Made by a program: the position numbers and the translations under genes. Positions 11,101-19,301 of a stretch of 64,000 nucleotides of DNA are shown here, in pieces. The notes beneath the pieces are model-generated. The model was not told where the DNA came from and searched no databases. It saw nothing but the letters and a program-made list of their open reading frames with translations. The number at the start of each line of letters is the position of its first letter. Within the stretch, counting starts at the first letter, position 1. The stretch lies in the NCBI GenBank assembly GCA_965201145.1, contig CBDAVT010000002.1:1417084-1481083 (forward strand), given 5' to 3'. The DNA comes from Dehalococcoidia bacterium. GTDB taxonomy: Bacteria; Chloroflexota; Dehalococcoidia; Lucifugimonadales; UBA3495.

Positions 11101-12685
11101 ACGGCACACTACCCCCGGCGTGGAGCTGATTTCTCCGCCGCCCCACCACGACATCTATTCCATCGAAGACCTGGCCCAACTGATTCACGACCTGAAGAAT
11201 ATCAATCCGGACTCCCGCGTCCACGTCAAGTTGGTGGCGGAAGTCGGGGTAGGCACCATCGCCGCCGGCGTTTCCAAGGGGCATGGCGACGTGGTGCTCA
11301 TCAGCGGACACGACGGAGGCACCGGGGCATCTCCGGAATCCTCCATAAAGCACGCCGGCCTCCCCTGGGAACTGGGCCTGGCGGAAACCCAGCAGGTGCT
11401 GGTAGCTAATGACCTCCGCAGCCGCATCGTGGTCCAGACCGACGGCCAGTTGAAAACCGGCCGGGACGCCGCCATCGCCTTTCTGTTGGGCGCCGACGAA
11501 ATCGGATTTGCCACCGCGCCCCTGATTGTTAGCGGCTGCATTATGCTGCGCAAGTGCCACCTGAATACCTGCTCGGTGGGTATTGCCACCCAGGACCCGG
11601 AGTTGCGCCAGCGGTTCTCCGGTAAACCGGAGTACGTTATCAACTACTTCTTCTTTGTGGCCGAGGAACTGCGGGAAATTATGGCCCAACTGGGCTTTCG
11701 CACCGTGCAGGAGATGATCGGTCACGTGGAAGTATTGGAAGCCAATACCGACGTCCCCCAGTGGAAGGTTCGGGGGCTGGACTTCGACAAGCTGCTATAT
11801 CGCCACCCCCGCTATGACGAAGTGACCATTTATCACTGCGAAGAGCAGGACCACGGGCTGGAGTTTGCCCTGGACCACCAGTTGATTGCCCAGGCCGCAC
11901 CGGCGCTTGAACGCGGCGGTTCGGTCAAGATAGACCTGCCCATTCGCAATTCCAACCGCACTGTCGGCGCAATGCTCAGCGGCAAGATTGCCAAGAAATA
12001 CGGCGAAGCCGGGTTGCCGCCGGGCACTGTGAAGATTGACCTGACCGGTTCCGCAGGCCAGAGCTTTGGCGCTTTTCTCGCCAAGGGCATTGACGTGCGG
12101 CTGGCCGGCGATACCAATGACTATATGGGCAAGGGTATGAACGGGGGCCGGCTGGTGGTGGTTCCCCCGCCCGGCTCCGACTTTGTGGCTGAAGAGAACA
12201 TTATAATCGGCAATGTGGCCCTTTACGGCGCCACGGGCGGGCAGGCATTTATCCGCGGCCGCGGCGGGGAGCGTTTCTGCGTCCGCAACAGCGGAGTGCA
12301 GGCGGTCATTGAGGGTATCGGCGACCACGGCTGTGAATATATGACCGGCGGCGTGGTTGTAATCCTGGGGCCCACCGGACGCAACTTTGCCGCCGGAATG
12401 AGCGGCGGTATCGCCTTTGTGTATGATGCTGACGGCGACTTCGCCATCCGGTTTAATGACGGGCTGGCCGACCTGGAGTCGGTAACCGAACCGGAAGATG
12501 TCGCTCTGCTCCGTCAATTGATTCAAGACCATCTGGAATTCACGGGCAGCGCTCCGGCCGGGAAGATACTGTCGAATTGGGACAGTTCCCTGGCTAAATT
12601 CAGGAAAATAATGCCCCGGGACTACCGGCGGGTATTGGAAGAGCGCAAGAAAGCCGCAGAACTGGAAGTAGCGCATAATGGGTAA
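8141..12685 (+). CDS. gltB: Glutamate synthase large subunit
   Basis: N-terminal amidotransferase Cys (HDSCGVG). The FMN/Fe-S central domain and the C-terminal GXGXG domain run the length of a roughly 1,514-aa ORF. ATG at 8141. Confidence 0.95.
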   Translation: MNQLRELAEHGLYSPDQEHDSCGVGMVANIKGSQSHQIITESLQVLVNLGHRGACGCDPETGDGAGILMQIPHAFFSQVCPALGIDLPNPGDYGVGMVFLPPAAEAQARCQSLINRSIAAEGLALLGWRDVLVDPSKLGRDARAVQPTIRQFFVGAGTEGLEADRLQRKLYTLRKVIEKSLPDCELSAADADYFYICSLSNSTLVYKGLLMAHQIDGFYPDLKEESLVSAFALVHSRFSTNTLGHWKLAHPYRYLAHNGEINTLRGNSNWMHARESQFETPLFGADIKKIPPIMTPGASDTAGFDNALELLLMTGRSLDHAMLMMIPEAWEQHETMPQEKKDFYEYHSCLMEPWDGPAMMVAANGKDVCAVLDRNGLRPFRYTITKDDKLVMASETGVLDIPAANIRQRGRLQPGRMFLVSMEEGRIIGDEELKRTLSRRQPYGEWLQENKVSLEQLPEAAAPEVLQGQELVRQQRAFGYTIEELRILTAPMAATAYEAVGSMGNDAPLAVLSEQSQLLFNYFKQLFAQVTNPPLDAIREELVTSLEAFIGRERNLFEETPRHCHQLKINSPIITDEELARIRSLNVGDIRATTLSTLFNSQGEGALREALERLCREASQAIKDGYSIIVLSDRGVNAQQVPIPSLLATAAVHHHLIREGSRTRAGLVVESGEPREVHHFCLLLGYGAGAINPYLALSTARSMAELGELNGAHPDYAVKNFIKANEKGLLKVMSKMGISTVQSYRGAQIFEAVGINQDFIDQYFTWTPSRVAGIGLEVVEEEQLQRHRFAFPVQEVEATLDLDPGGAYQWRRHGEVHQWNPDTIAKLQYATRANNWNSYQEFSRAVNDQSKQLATLRGLLEFRQDREPVALEEVEPAKEIVKRFATGAASFGSISKEAHETLAIAMNRIGARSNTGEGGEDYHRYTPDENGDSRNSAIKQVASGRFGVTPNYLVNATDLQIKMAQGSKPGEGGQLPGHKVDEIIGWVRHTTPGVELISPPPHHDIYSIEDLAQLIHDLKNINPDSRVHVKLVAEVGVGTIAAGVSKGHGDVVLISGHDGGTGASPESSIKHAGLPWELGLAETQQVLVANDLRSRIVVQTDGQLKTGRDAAIAFLLGADEIGFATAPLIVSGCIMLRKCHLNTCSVGIATQDPELRQRFSGKPEYVINYFFFVAEELREIMAQLGFRTVQEMIGHVEVLEANTDVPQWKVRGLDFDKLLYRHPRYDEVTIYHCEEQDHGLEFALDHQLIAQAAPALERGGSVKIDLPIRNSNRTVGAMLSGKIAKKYGEAGLPPGTVKIDLTGSAGQSFGAFLAKGIDVRLAGDTNDYMGKGMNGGRLVVVPPPGSDFVAEENIIIGNVALYGATGGQAFIRGRGGERFCVRNSGVQAVIEGIGDHGCEYMTGGVVVILGPTGRNFAAGMSGGIAFVYDADGDFAIRFNDGLADLESVTEPEDVALLRQLIQDHLEFTGSAPAGKILSNWDSSLAKFRKIMPRDYRRVLEERKKAAELEVAHNG

Positions 12686-14132
12686 ACCTACAGGATTTAT
12701 CGAATTCGGACGGCAGCCGCCGGAGCGGCGTCCGGTCGCAGAACGAAAAGGGGATTACCGGGAGCTTTACCTGGACTGGGCCGAATCGGCGGCCCGGGAA
12801 CAGGGTTCCCGTTGCATGGACTGCGCCGTCCCCTTTTGCAACATGGGATGTCCGCTGGGGAACGTGATTCCCGAATTTAACCACCACGTTTATCAGGGTG
12901 AGTGGCATAAAGCGTTGAAGGTGCTACTCAGCACCAACAACTTCCCCGAGTTTACCGGACGCATCTGCCCCGCTCCCTGCGAAGCTTCCTGTGTCCTGAG
13001 CATCAACTCGGACCCGGTTACTATCGAGTATATCGAGAAGGAAATTTCGGACCGGGGCTACCGGGAAGGCTGGATAACTCCCCAGCCGCCGGCGGAATGC
13101 ACCGGCAAAAAGGTGGCGGTAGTTGGCTCCGGGCCCGCCGGCCTGGCCGCCGCCCAGCAGCTTAACCGCGCCGGGCATTGGGTTACCGTTTTTGAACGGG
13201 ACGACTACATCGGCGGGCTGCTGATGCTGGGCATTCCGGACTTCAAGCTGGACAAGCAGGTGGTGCAGCGCCGTATTGACCTGATGGCCGCCGAGGGAAT
13301 CGATTTTCGTACCGGGGTGAACGTCGGGGTTAATTATGCGGTTCAGGATTTGCTCGATGAGTATGATGCTCTCTGTCTGACCGGCGGCTCCACCCAGGCT
13401 CGGGACCTGCCGGTGCCGGGACGCGAGCTGGACGGCATACATCTGGCCATGGAATACCTGCCGCAGCAGAACAAGCTCCTGGCCGGGGCAGAAATCGCCC
13501 CGGAGGAACGTCTCTCCGCCGAAGGCAAGCGGGTAGTCATCCTGGGCGGTGGCGATACCGGCGCCGACTGCCTGGGCACCGCCCACCGGCAGGGCGCAGA
13601 GGTGGTGTACCAGTTTGAGCTGCTGCCCGAACCGCCGGAGCAGCGGCGCCCCGATAACCCCTGGCCCCAATGGCCGATGATACTTCGCTCGTCGGCGGCC
13701 CACGAAGAAGGGGGCATCCGCGACTACAATATCCTGACCAAGTCCTTCTCCGGCCGCAACGGTCAGGTGGAAAAACTCCACGCCGTCCGCGTCGAATGGA
13801 CTGCCGGCGAAGACGGTCGCTTCACCATGAATGAGGTGCCGGGCAGCGACCTGGAAGTGGAGACGGACCTGGTGTTGCTGGCTATGGGTTTTCTCCACCC
13901 GGAGCACGCCGGAATGCTGACGGACCTGGGGGTCGAACTGGATGCCCGGGGCAATGTCAAGGTGGACGAAAACAAGATGACCAGCATCCCCGGCGTGTTC
14001 GCCGGCGGAGATATGGCCCGCGGGCAGTCCCTGGTAGTCTGGGCTATCGCCGAAGGACGGGAAGTGGCCCGGGGTGTTGACCAGTACCTGGTAGGACACA
14101 CCAACCTGCCCCGGTCAATGCCAGCCCGGTAG
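12678..14132 (+). CDS. gltD: Glutamate synthase small subunit (NADPH-dependent)
   Basis: Start overlaps the gltB stop. Contains a Cys-rich Fe-S region (CMDCAVPFC...GCPLGN) and two Rossmann motifs (VAVVGSGPAGLAAA, VVILGGGDTGADC). Confidence 0.93.
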   Translation: MGKPTGFIEFGRQPPERRPVAERKGDYRELYLDWAESAAREQGSRCMDCAVPFCNMGCPLGNVIPEFNHHVYQGEWHKALKVLLSTNNFPEFTGRICPAPCEASCVLSINSDPVTIEYIEKEISDRGYREGWITPQPPAECTGKKVAVVGSGPAGLAAAQQLNRAGHWVTVFERDDYIGGLLMLGIPDFKLDKQVVQRRIDLMAAEGIDFRTGVNVGVNYAVQDLLDEYDALCLTGGSTQARDLPVPGRELDGIHLAMEYLPQQNKLLAGAEIAPEERLSAEGKRVVILGGGDTGADCLGTAHRQGAEVVYQFELLPEPPEQRRPDNPWPQWPMILRSSAAHEEGGIRDYNILTKSFSGRNGQVEKLHAVRVEWTAGEDGRFTMNEVPGSDLEVETDLVLLAMGFLHPEHAGMLTDLGVELDARGNVKVDENKMTSIPGVFAGGDMARGQSLVVWAIAEGREVARGVDQYLVGHTNLPRSMPAR

Positions 14133-14253
14133 CTCCCGATTAAATGTCGGCCAATTTATCCGCCAATGAGGGCTAATACTTGCCAATAATTTTAAGGTTA
14201 TTGGCCGTAGCGTCAATGCCTTTTAGAATTGCATATATGGTGGAGCTTCGGCG

Positions 14254-14496
14254 ATGGATGCGCGCGTAAAGAAATGGGGCGACGACTTCGCCATTCCTAT
14301 ACCTCAAACCTTAGCTAACCGCTTGAACCTGCGTCTCGACTCGCCGGTTAATGTGACCATTAACGGTAGGGAATTGATAATTTCTCCGATTGGTCAGGCT
14401 CCGGAATCCCTGGAACAATTGCTGGAAAAAGTAACCGAAGATAACCGCCACGAAGAAATTGACTCGGGCCCTCCGGTAGGGAAGGAAATTTGGTAA
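14254..14496 (+). CDS. AbrB/MazE-family antitoxin
   Basis: VKKWGDDFAIPIPQTLANRLNL...VNVTINGRELIISPI is a SpoVT-AbrB swapped-hairpin signature. The protein is 80 aa. Confidence 0.7.
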   Translation: MDARVKKWGDDFAIPIPQTLANRLNLRLDSPVNVTINGRELIISPIGQAPESLEQLLEKVTEDNRHEEIDSGPPVGKEIW

Positions 14497-14580
14497 ACCG
14501 CCCCGACTGGGTTCCAGCCAGGGGCGACGTCGTTTGGATTAAATCTACCTTTCCCCAAGTCAAGCCTGCGACCTGCGCAA
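14490..14580 (+). pseudogene. MazF/PemK-like toxin remnant (N-terminal ~25 codons recognisable)
   Basis: The frame starting at TTG 14490 overlaps the mazE stop and reads VNRPDWVPARGDVVWIKSTFPQ, which resembles the MazF N-terminus (P.RGD.vW..f.P). Similarity is then lost and the frame runs into the convergent membrane-protein gene. Confidence 0.4.
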
Positions 14581-15300
14581 TCAATCATCCCCGAGTCTTC
14601 CCCCTGCTGCCACGCTTCGCCGCAGAATCGTCCGCAGCGCCACCGCAGTAGCAATGCCGACCAGGAGGCCAACGAGCAGCGCAGCCGGGGTAGGGGTCAA
14701 GCCGGGAGTTATGTCTTGCGTCAAGGCCGCTGCCGCCCAATCCCCGTACCCGAAGGCGAAGAACATTAACGGAAGCGCCGCCATAATGGCGCCGGCCAAA
14801 AAATGGCTGCCGCCGCTGGCCGCGAGCCACCCGACCAGCGAAGCGCCCTGTTCCCGCAATACCCACCACTGACCGGAACTGATACCCACGTAGAGGGGGA
14901 TATTGGCTAAAGAATTCCGCATAACTACATTCCCCGACAAGGTATCCACCGGGTCGTTAAAGGCCGTGACATACAAGACCGTCGCCAGCGCCCCGCTGCT
15001 CACCGCCCCGATACTGGCTCCGGTCAGGGTATATTGCAGCCACCGGAAGGGATGGCGCAGATGCCGCCGGAGCAGCAGTGATTGAAACAGGCTGTTGCCG
15101 ACCGCGCCCAGGAACATCGGCCCCCAACCCAGCAGCAGCGACAGGGGGATGTAAAGAATCTCCCGATGGCGGCCCAGCGGCGCCAGGTACAGGCTGGAAA
15201 ACAGGTTGTAGAGATAAAGGGCACCGAAATAGCCGGCAATACAGACTACTATCCACAAAAATGCGGTGCGCCAATAGATTGAACGGGGACGAATTTCCAT
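14581..15300 (-). CDS. Polytopic membrane protein, unknown function
   Basis: Several hydrophobic spans (FLWIVVCIAGYFGALYLY, LSLLLGWGPMFLGAVG, and others). Start taken at MEIRPRS (cat at 15298-15300). Confidence 0.6.
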   Translation of the reverse strand: MEIRPRSIYWRTAFLWIVVCIAGYFGALYLYNLFSSLYLAPLGRHREILYIPLSLLLGWGPMFLGAVGNSLFQSLLLRRHLRHPFRWLQYTLTGASIGAVSSGALATVLYVTAFNDPVDTLSGNVVMRNSLANIPLYVGISSGQWWVLREQGASLVGWLAASGGSHFLAGAIMAALPLMFFAFGYGDWAAAALTQDITPGLTPTPAALLVGLLVGIATAVALRTILRRSVAAGGRLGDD

Positions 15301-15466
15301 TTTGACTTCTCGAACCACAGCTATGCTGGCCGGCTATGGTTCCACCGCATCCGAGGCCGATGCGGTGGCGGCTGACCGTTGCCGAATGGCCCCCGGCGCT
15401 GCAATGGTGAAGCCACCCGCCGGAAGGCCAATGGCGCCTGCTTCCTGCGGCTGATCGTTGCCGACC

Positions 15467-16264
15467 TTACTCGCAGCTTCCCGATGCTCTCACTTCCCTC
15501 ACCCGCGCCAGCAGCTTTTGTACGTCGCCCGCTACCCGGTCAAAGTAATTTTCCACGTAGGTTATCTTATAAATCGGATCGCAGCGGTCATTTGGGCCGT
15601 CATATTGGTCCAGAATTGCATAGTCCAGGCTGGGCGCAAAGGCAAAATCCGGGTCGGCGGCGGCGACCTGGTGGACCAGGCGGGTAAGCTGGTGCGTCCT
15701 TTCGTAGCGAACGTTGTTGGCGGAGATGAGGGCTTTCAGGGCGTGTTCCAACGCCTCTTGAGCATTTTTCCCCGCCATCCGGTCCACCAGGACCGGGTTT
15801 TGCGAACCGTGAATCAACCGGAAGGTCTCCAGATGTATCTCGGCATGGCGCACTCGCTGCTCGGTGACCGTCCATTCGTAGGCATAGTCATTATTTGACG
15901 GGTCCAGGTCATAGTCCGGATTTGAGGACATTACTATTCCTTCGTCCAACGCCCGCGCGATCAGATGGTTAGCGGTGCGGCGATACCTGGCAAGCTCCTC
16001 AGCCGTGTACCAAAGTATCTGAATGTTTACTGCATACCCGTACTGAGCCTTTGCCAGCTTGTTGGCGGCATTGTAAGCGGAGTCTTTCTGGGCCGGAGTG
16101 GGCCGGTTATCCTGTACCAGCAGGAGGTCAATGTCGGAGCTCCCGTCCCGGTAGTCGCCCCGGGCGCGGGAACCGTAAAGGATGGTCAGGGCGGGGCAGG
16201 CCGAAGAATCGGCCACTGCCTTTGCCACCGCCAGACTCCGCGTATCGCAGTTAGCCACTGTCAT
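15467..16264 (-). CDS. Fused minimal nucleotidyltransferase (MNT) plus HEPN-domain protein
   Basis: The N-terminus has the NTase motif GSRARGDYRDGSDIDLLL. The C-terminal helical part has an Rx4H motif (RYERTH). Confidence 0.65.
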   Translation of the reverse strand: MTVANCDTRSLAVAKAVADSSACPALTILYGSRARGDYRDGSSDIDLLLVQDNRPTPAQKDSAYNAANKLAKAQYGYAVNIQILWYTAEELARYRRTANHLIARALDEGIVMSSNPDYDLDPSNNDYAYEWTVTEQRVRHAEIHLETFRLIHGSQNPVLVDRMAGKNAQEALEHALKALISANNVRYERTHQLTRLVHQVAAADPDFAFAPSLDYAILDQYDGPNDRCDPIYKITYVENYFDRVAGDVQKLLARVREVRASGSCE

Positions 16265-16336
16265 ATCGCGTTGGGCGTTATCTTCGTTCTGGAGCCGGCG
16301 GGATTCGGAGCGGCTGGCGCCATTTACCCGGGCTGG

Positions 16337-17779
16337 CTACACAATTCCCGCCGCCGCCACCAGCTCCGCATATCTGGACAGGTACTCTTGTACGTCCAAT
16401 ACCTGAATGGTGTTGGTGGTGCCGGAGACGCCGGTCAGGTTCCCGTGGACGATGGTGACCACGTCGGATTCGTTAACCAGGCCGGTGGACAGCGCGCCGC
16501 TAATCAGGATGGCAACCAGTTTGGAGATGTCCTGCTCCGGCGGGATGACCCCGCTGGGCTGCAACCCCCAGCCCAGGCAAAGGCGCCGCAGGGTCTCCTC
16601 ATCGTGAGCAAAGACGATTATGTCGCCTTCAGGTCGGTAACGGGATACTTCATAAGCCGCCCGACCGGTGCTGGTTATGACGACAGGCTTGGAATGCAGT
16701 TCATGAACCAGGCGGCTGGCGCCGGCGGCAATGGCCTGGGTGCGGTCCCGGGACCGGAAGTCTTTGTGGTAGGGGTAAATCTTTTCGGCTTCGCGGATGG
16801 TTATGTCGGCCACCCGCACCGCTTCCACCGGATACCCGCCTACGGCAATTTCATCAGACAGGAGAATGGAATCGCAGCCATCCAGCACCGCATTGCTGAT
16901 GTCGGAAACCTCGGCCCGGGTTGGCGTGGGCGATACCACCATTGAACGCAGCATTTGGGTGGCGATGCAGGAAGACTTGGCCGCTTCATTGGCCTTACGG
17001 ACAATCTCCTTCTGGACCAACGGCACCCGCTCCATGGGAATCTCGACCCCCAAGTCGCCCCGGGCCACCATCACTCCATCTACTTCCGTCAGAATTTCGT
17101 CCAGGTTGTCGATGCCCTCGCCTCGTTCCAGCTTGGCCATAATCGGGGCCCGGCTGCCGATGCTCTGCAAAAATGCTTTGGCCTCCTGCACGTCCCGCGC
17201 CGTGCGAACGAAGGACACTGCCACCCAGTCCACCTGCTGCTCCACCCCGAACCGCAGGGCGGCCTTGTCATCCTCGGTCAGCACCGGCAAGTCAATGGTT
17301 ACGCCCGGAAGATTAACCCCCTTGTAGGAGGAAACGGTGCCCCCGTTGCGGACTCGCGTCCTTACCTGAAGTCCGTCAGATTCCAGCACTTCGAGGCAGA
17401 CGATACCGTCGGATATGAATACCAGATTTCCTTCCCGCAAACTTCTGAGGACATCCGGATCAGGAAAAGGAATGACGGAAGGGTCCTTCGAGGACTCATC
17501 AGCGGTCAGCAGGTACTCTTCGCCGTGGTTGAGGTTGAGCACCGTGTCCATCTGGCCCAAGCGCAGCTTAATTCCGCCCAGGTCTTGCAGGATGCACACC
17601 TGGCGGCCGTGTCGCTCGGACAGGCGCCGTACATTGGCAATGACTTCCTCATGCTCCGCAAAGGTGCCGTGGGAAAAATTGAGCCTGGCGCAGTCCATGC
17701 CGGCCAGGATCAGCTTTTCCAGACTGGCTGAATCCCGGGAAACCGGGCCGATGGTAGCTATTATCTTGGTCTTTCGCAT
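16337..17779 (-). CDS. pyk: Pyruvate kinase
   Basis: MRKTKIIATIGP..., MDCARLNFSHG, and MVARGDLGVEIP are canonical pyruvate kinase motifs. Confidence 0.93.
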   Translation of the reverse strand: MRKTKIIATIGPVSRDSASLEKLILAGMDCARLNFSHGTFAEHEEVIANVRRLSERHGRQVCILQDLGGIKLRLGQMDTVLNLNHGEEYLLTADESSKDPSVIPFPDPDVLRSLREGNLVFISDGIVCLEVLESDGLQVRTRVRNGGTVSSYKGVNLPGVTIDLPVLTEDDKAALRFGVEQQVDWVAVSFVRTARDVQEAKAFLQSIGSRAPIMAKLERGEGIDNLDEILTEVDGVMVARGDLGVEIPMERVPLVQKEIVRKANEAAKSSCIATQMLRSMVVSPTPTRAEVSDISNAVLDGCDSILLSDEIAVGGYPVEAVRVADITIREAEKIYPYHKDFRSRDRTQAIAAGASRLVHELHSKPVVITSTGRAAYEVSRYRPEGDIIVFAHDEETLRRLCLGWGLQPSGVIPPEQDISKLVAILISGALSTGLVNESDVVTIVHGNLTGVSGTTNTIQVLDVQEYLSRYAELVAAAGIV

Positions 17780-17807
17780 GGCTGGTTCCCCCAATAAACG
17801 GCGGCGA

Positions 17808-18953
17808 TTACTCGCGGTTGGCGTAATAGGAGTCGGTAGCCCGCCGCAGACCGGCTATCCGGTTGGCCTGCAAGGACTCCTTCTGCTGGGCCGCCCACTG
17901 GTTAGAGGTGATAATGCCGGTCAGGCTGCCCTGGAAATGGGGCATCACATAGCGAGCCAATAGTTCGTAGCTATGCAGAATCTTCTCTCGGGGCGCCCAA
18001 TCCTCGACGCGTATCATAAAGCTGCCAAAGCCGCCGCTGATTTCCTGCAGCCGCTCGATCCCGGCAATGCAGTCTTCCGGCGTCCCTACAATCCACTGGT
18101 TGTGTTCCACCATAAAGTCCACAATCTGGTCCTGGGGAACGTTGGGAGTTTCGTTGCCCAGCGTGTTGCCGAAATACTCGGTAACTACCCGGCCGCTGCC
18201 TACCCGAATGTCTTCAAAGGCTTCTTTTCTGCTCTCGGCCAGGTGCAGACCTACCACCAGGCCCCAGTCTTCCCGGTGGACTTCCTTGCCGTGTTCCGCC
18301 GCCGAGTCTTCGGCGATCGACCACAGTTCCTTGAGGCTGGTGGAGCGCACGGTGTCCCGGGGGATGCTCATCGACAGCACCGCGGCGCCGTGCTTGCCGG
18401 CCAGACTGACCCCGGCCGGTGACTGCACCGACGCAACGGCTACGGGCAGGTGGGGCTGCTGGTAGGGCCGCAGCTGCAGTACGGCATCATTCAGCTCGAA
18501 CCAGTCGCTTCTGTAGGTCAACGGCTCCGTTTCGTTGAACAGGCGCAGGATTATACCCAGGGACTCGTCCATCATTTCCCGCTGGCGGGCCGGGTCGATG
18601 CCCAGCATCAGGGCATCGGAAGCGAGGGCGCCCGGGCCAACCCCCAGGATTACCCGTCCCCGCGTCAGATGGTCCAGCAGCACCATGCGGTTGGCAACCA
18701 TCAAGGGATGATGATAGGGCAGGCTGATAACCCCGGTACCCAGGCGAATGTTGCGGGTGCGTTCGGCGGCGGTGGCGATGAACACCTCCGGCGAGGCGAT
18801 GGTTTCCCAACCGGCCGAGTGGTGCTCTCCGATGTAGGCCTCGTCAAAGCCCAGGGTATCCAGCCACTGCAGCAGCTCCAAATCTCGTTCCAGGGCCAGG
18901 GTTGGATTCTCGCCCACCCGATGGAAGGGGGCCATGAAGACGCCGAACTTCAT
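17808..18953 (-). CDS. LLM-class (luciferase-like) flavin-dependent oxidoreductase
   Basis: MKFGVFMAPFH...GFDEAYIGEHHS...GRVILGVGPGA is a typical luciferase-like monooxygenase pattern. Confidence 0.8.
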   Translation of the reverse strand: MKFGVFMAPFHRVGENPTLALERDLELLQWLDTLGFDEAYIGEHHSAGWETIASPEVFIATAAERTRNIRLGTGVISLPYHHPLMVANRMVLLDHLTRGRVILGVGPGALASDALMLGIDPARQREMMDESLGIILRLFNETEPLTYRSDWFELNDAVLQLRPYQQPHLPVAVASVQSPAGVSLAGKHGAAVLSMSIPRDTVRSTSLKELWSIAEDSAAEHGKEVHREDWGLVVGLHLAESRKEAFEDIRVGSGRVVTEYFGNTLGNETPNVPQDQIVDFMVEHNQWIVGTPEDCIAGIERLQEISGGFGSFMIRVEDWAPREKILHSYELLARYVMPHFQGSLTGIITSNQWAAQQKESLQANRIAGLRRATDSYYANRE

Positions 18954-19060
18954 TCGTTGCGATTTGCCGTTAGTTAAACCTGCCATGCTTCAGTCCTCCC
19001 CTGCGCCGCTGCCACTGATATTAACCAGCTTACAGCAACGATACAAACTGTGCTGGAGCC

Positions 19061-19089
19061 ATTCTAACACGGCGCCCAACCCTTTGGTA
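19061..19089 (-). promoter_or_regulatory. Promoter-like TACCAA-N17-TAGAAT upstream of the LLM oxidoreductase gene
   Basis: The reverse complement (rc) of 19061-19089 gives this arrangement. The -35 hexamer is weak and the -10 matches 5 of 6 positions. Confidence 0.3.
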
Positions 19090-19108
19090 TAGAGAAAACC
19101 ATCCGGGG

Positions 19109-19291
19109 CAGGGCTATCGCATATGGAATTTAAGAGGCCAATTGACGGGTAAATCTCCGTTTTTAACTGCTAAATTTGGGTAATTTAAGACTTAAACCGT
19201 TGGTTTTGATGTTGATTACCCAGTAAAGCGCCGCCAAAACATCGGAAAGTTCCGTTCTGAGCCTGAAATTTTTTCATATGCGATAGCCCTG
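19109..19291 (+). mobile_element. MITE copy 1 (183 bp), non-autonomous derivative of the ISAs1-family IS
   Basis: 17-bp terminal inverted repeats (TIRs) CAGGGCTATCGCATATG, identical to the IS ends. Flanked by CCATCCGGGG on the left and its reverse complement CCCCGGATGG on the right. Confidence 0.9.
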
Positions 19292-19301
19292 CCCCGGATG
19301 G

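Noticed and set aside
8174-14099. Long antisense ORFs inside gltB and gltD (8174-9835, 10265-11725, 11795-12676, 12924-14099; up to 553 aa)
   Set aside because: They lie opposite strongly conserved glutamate synthase coding sequence, have Arg/Gly/Pro/Ala-rich low-complexity composition, and are the expected shadow ORFs of high-GC DNA.
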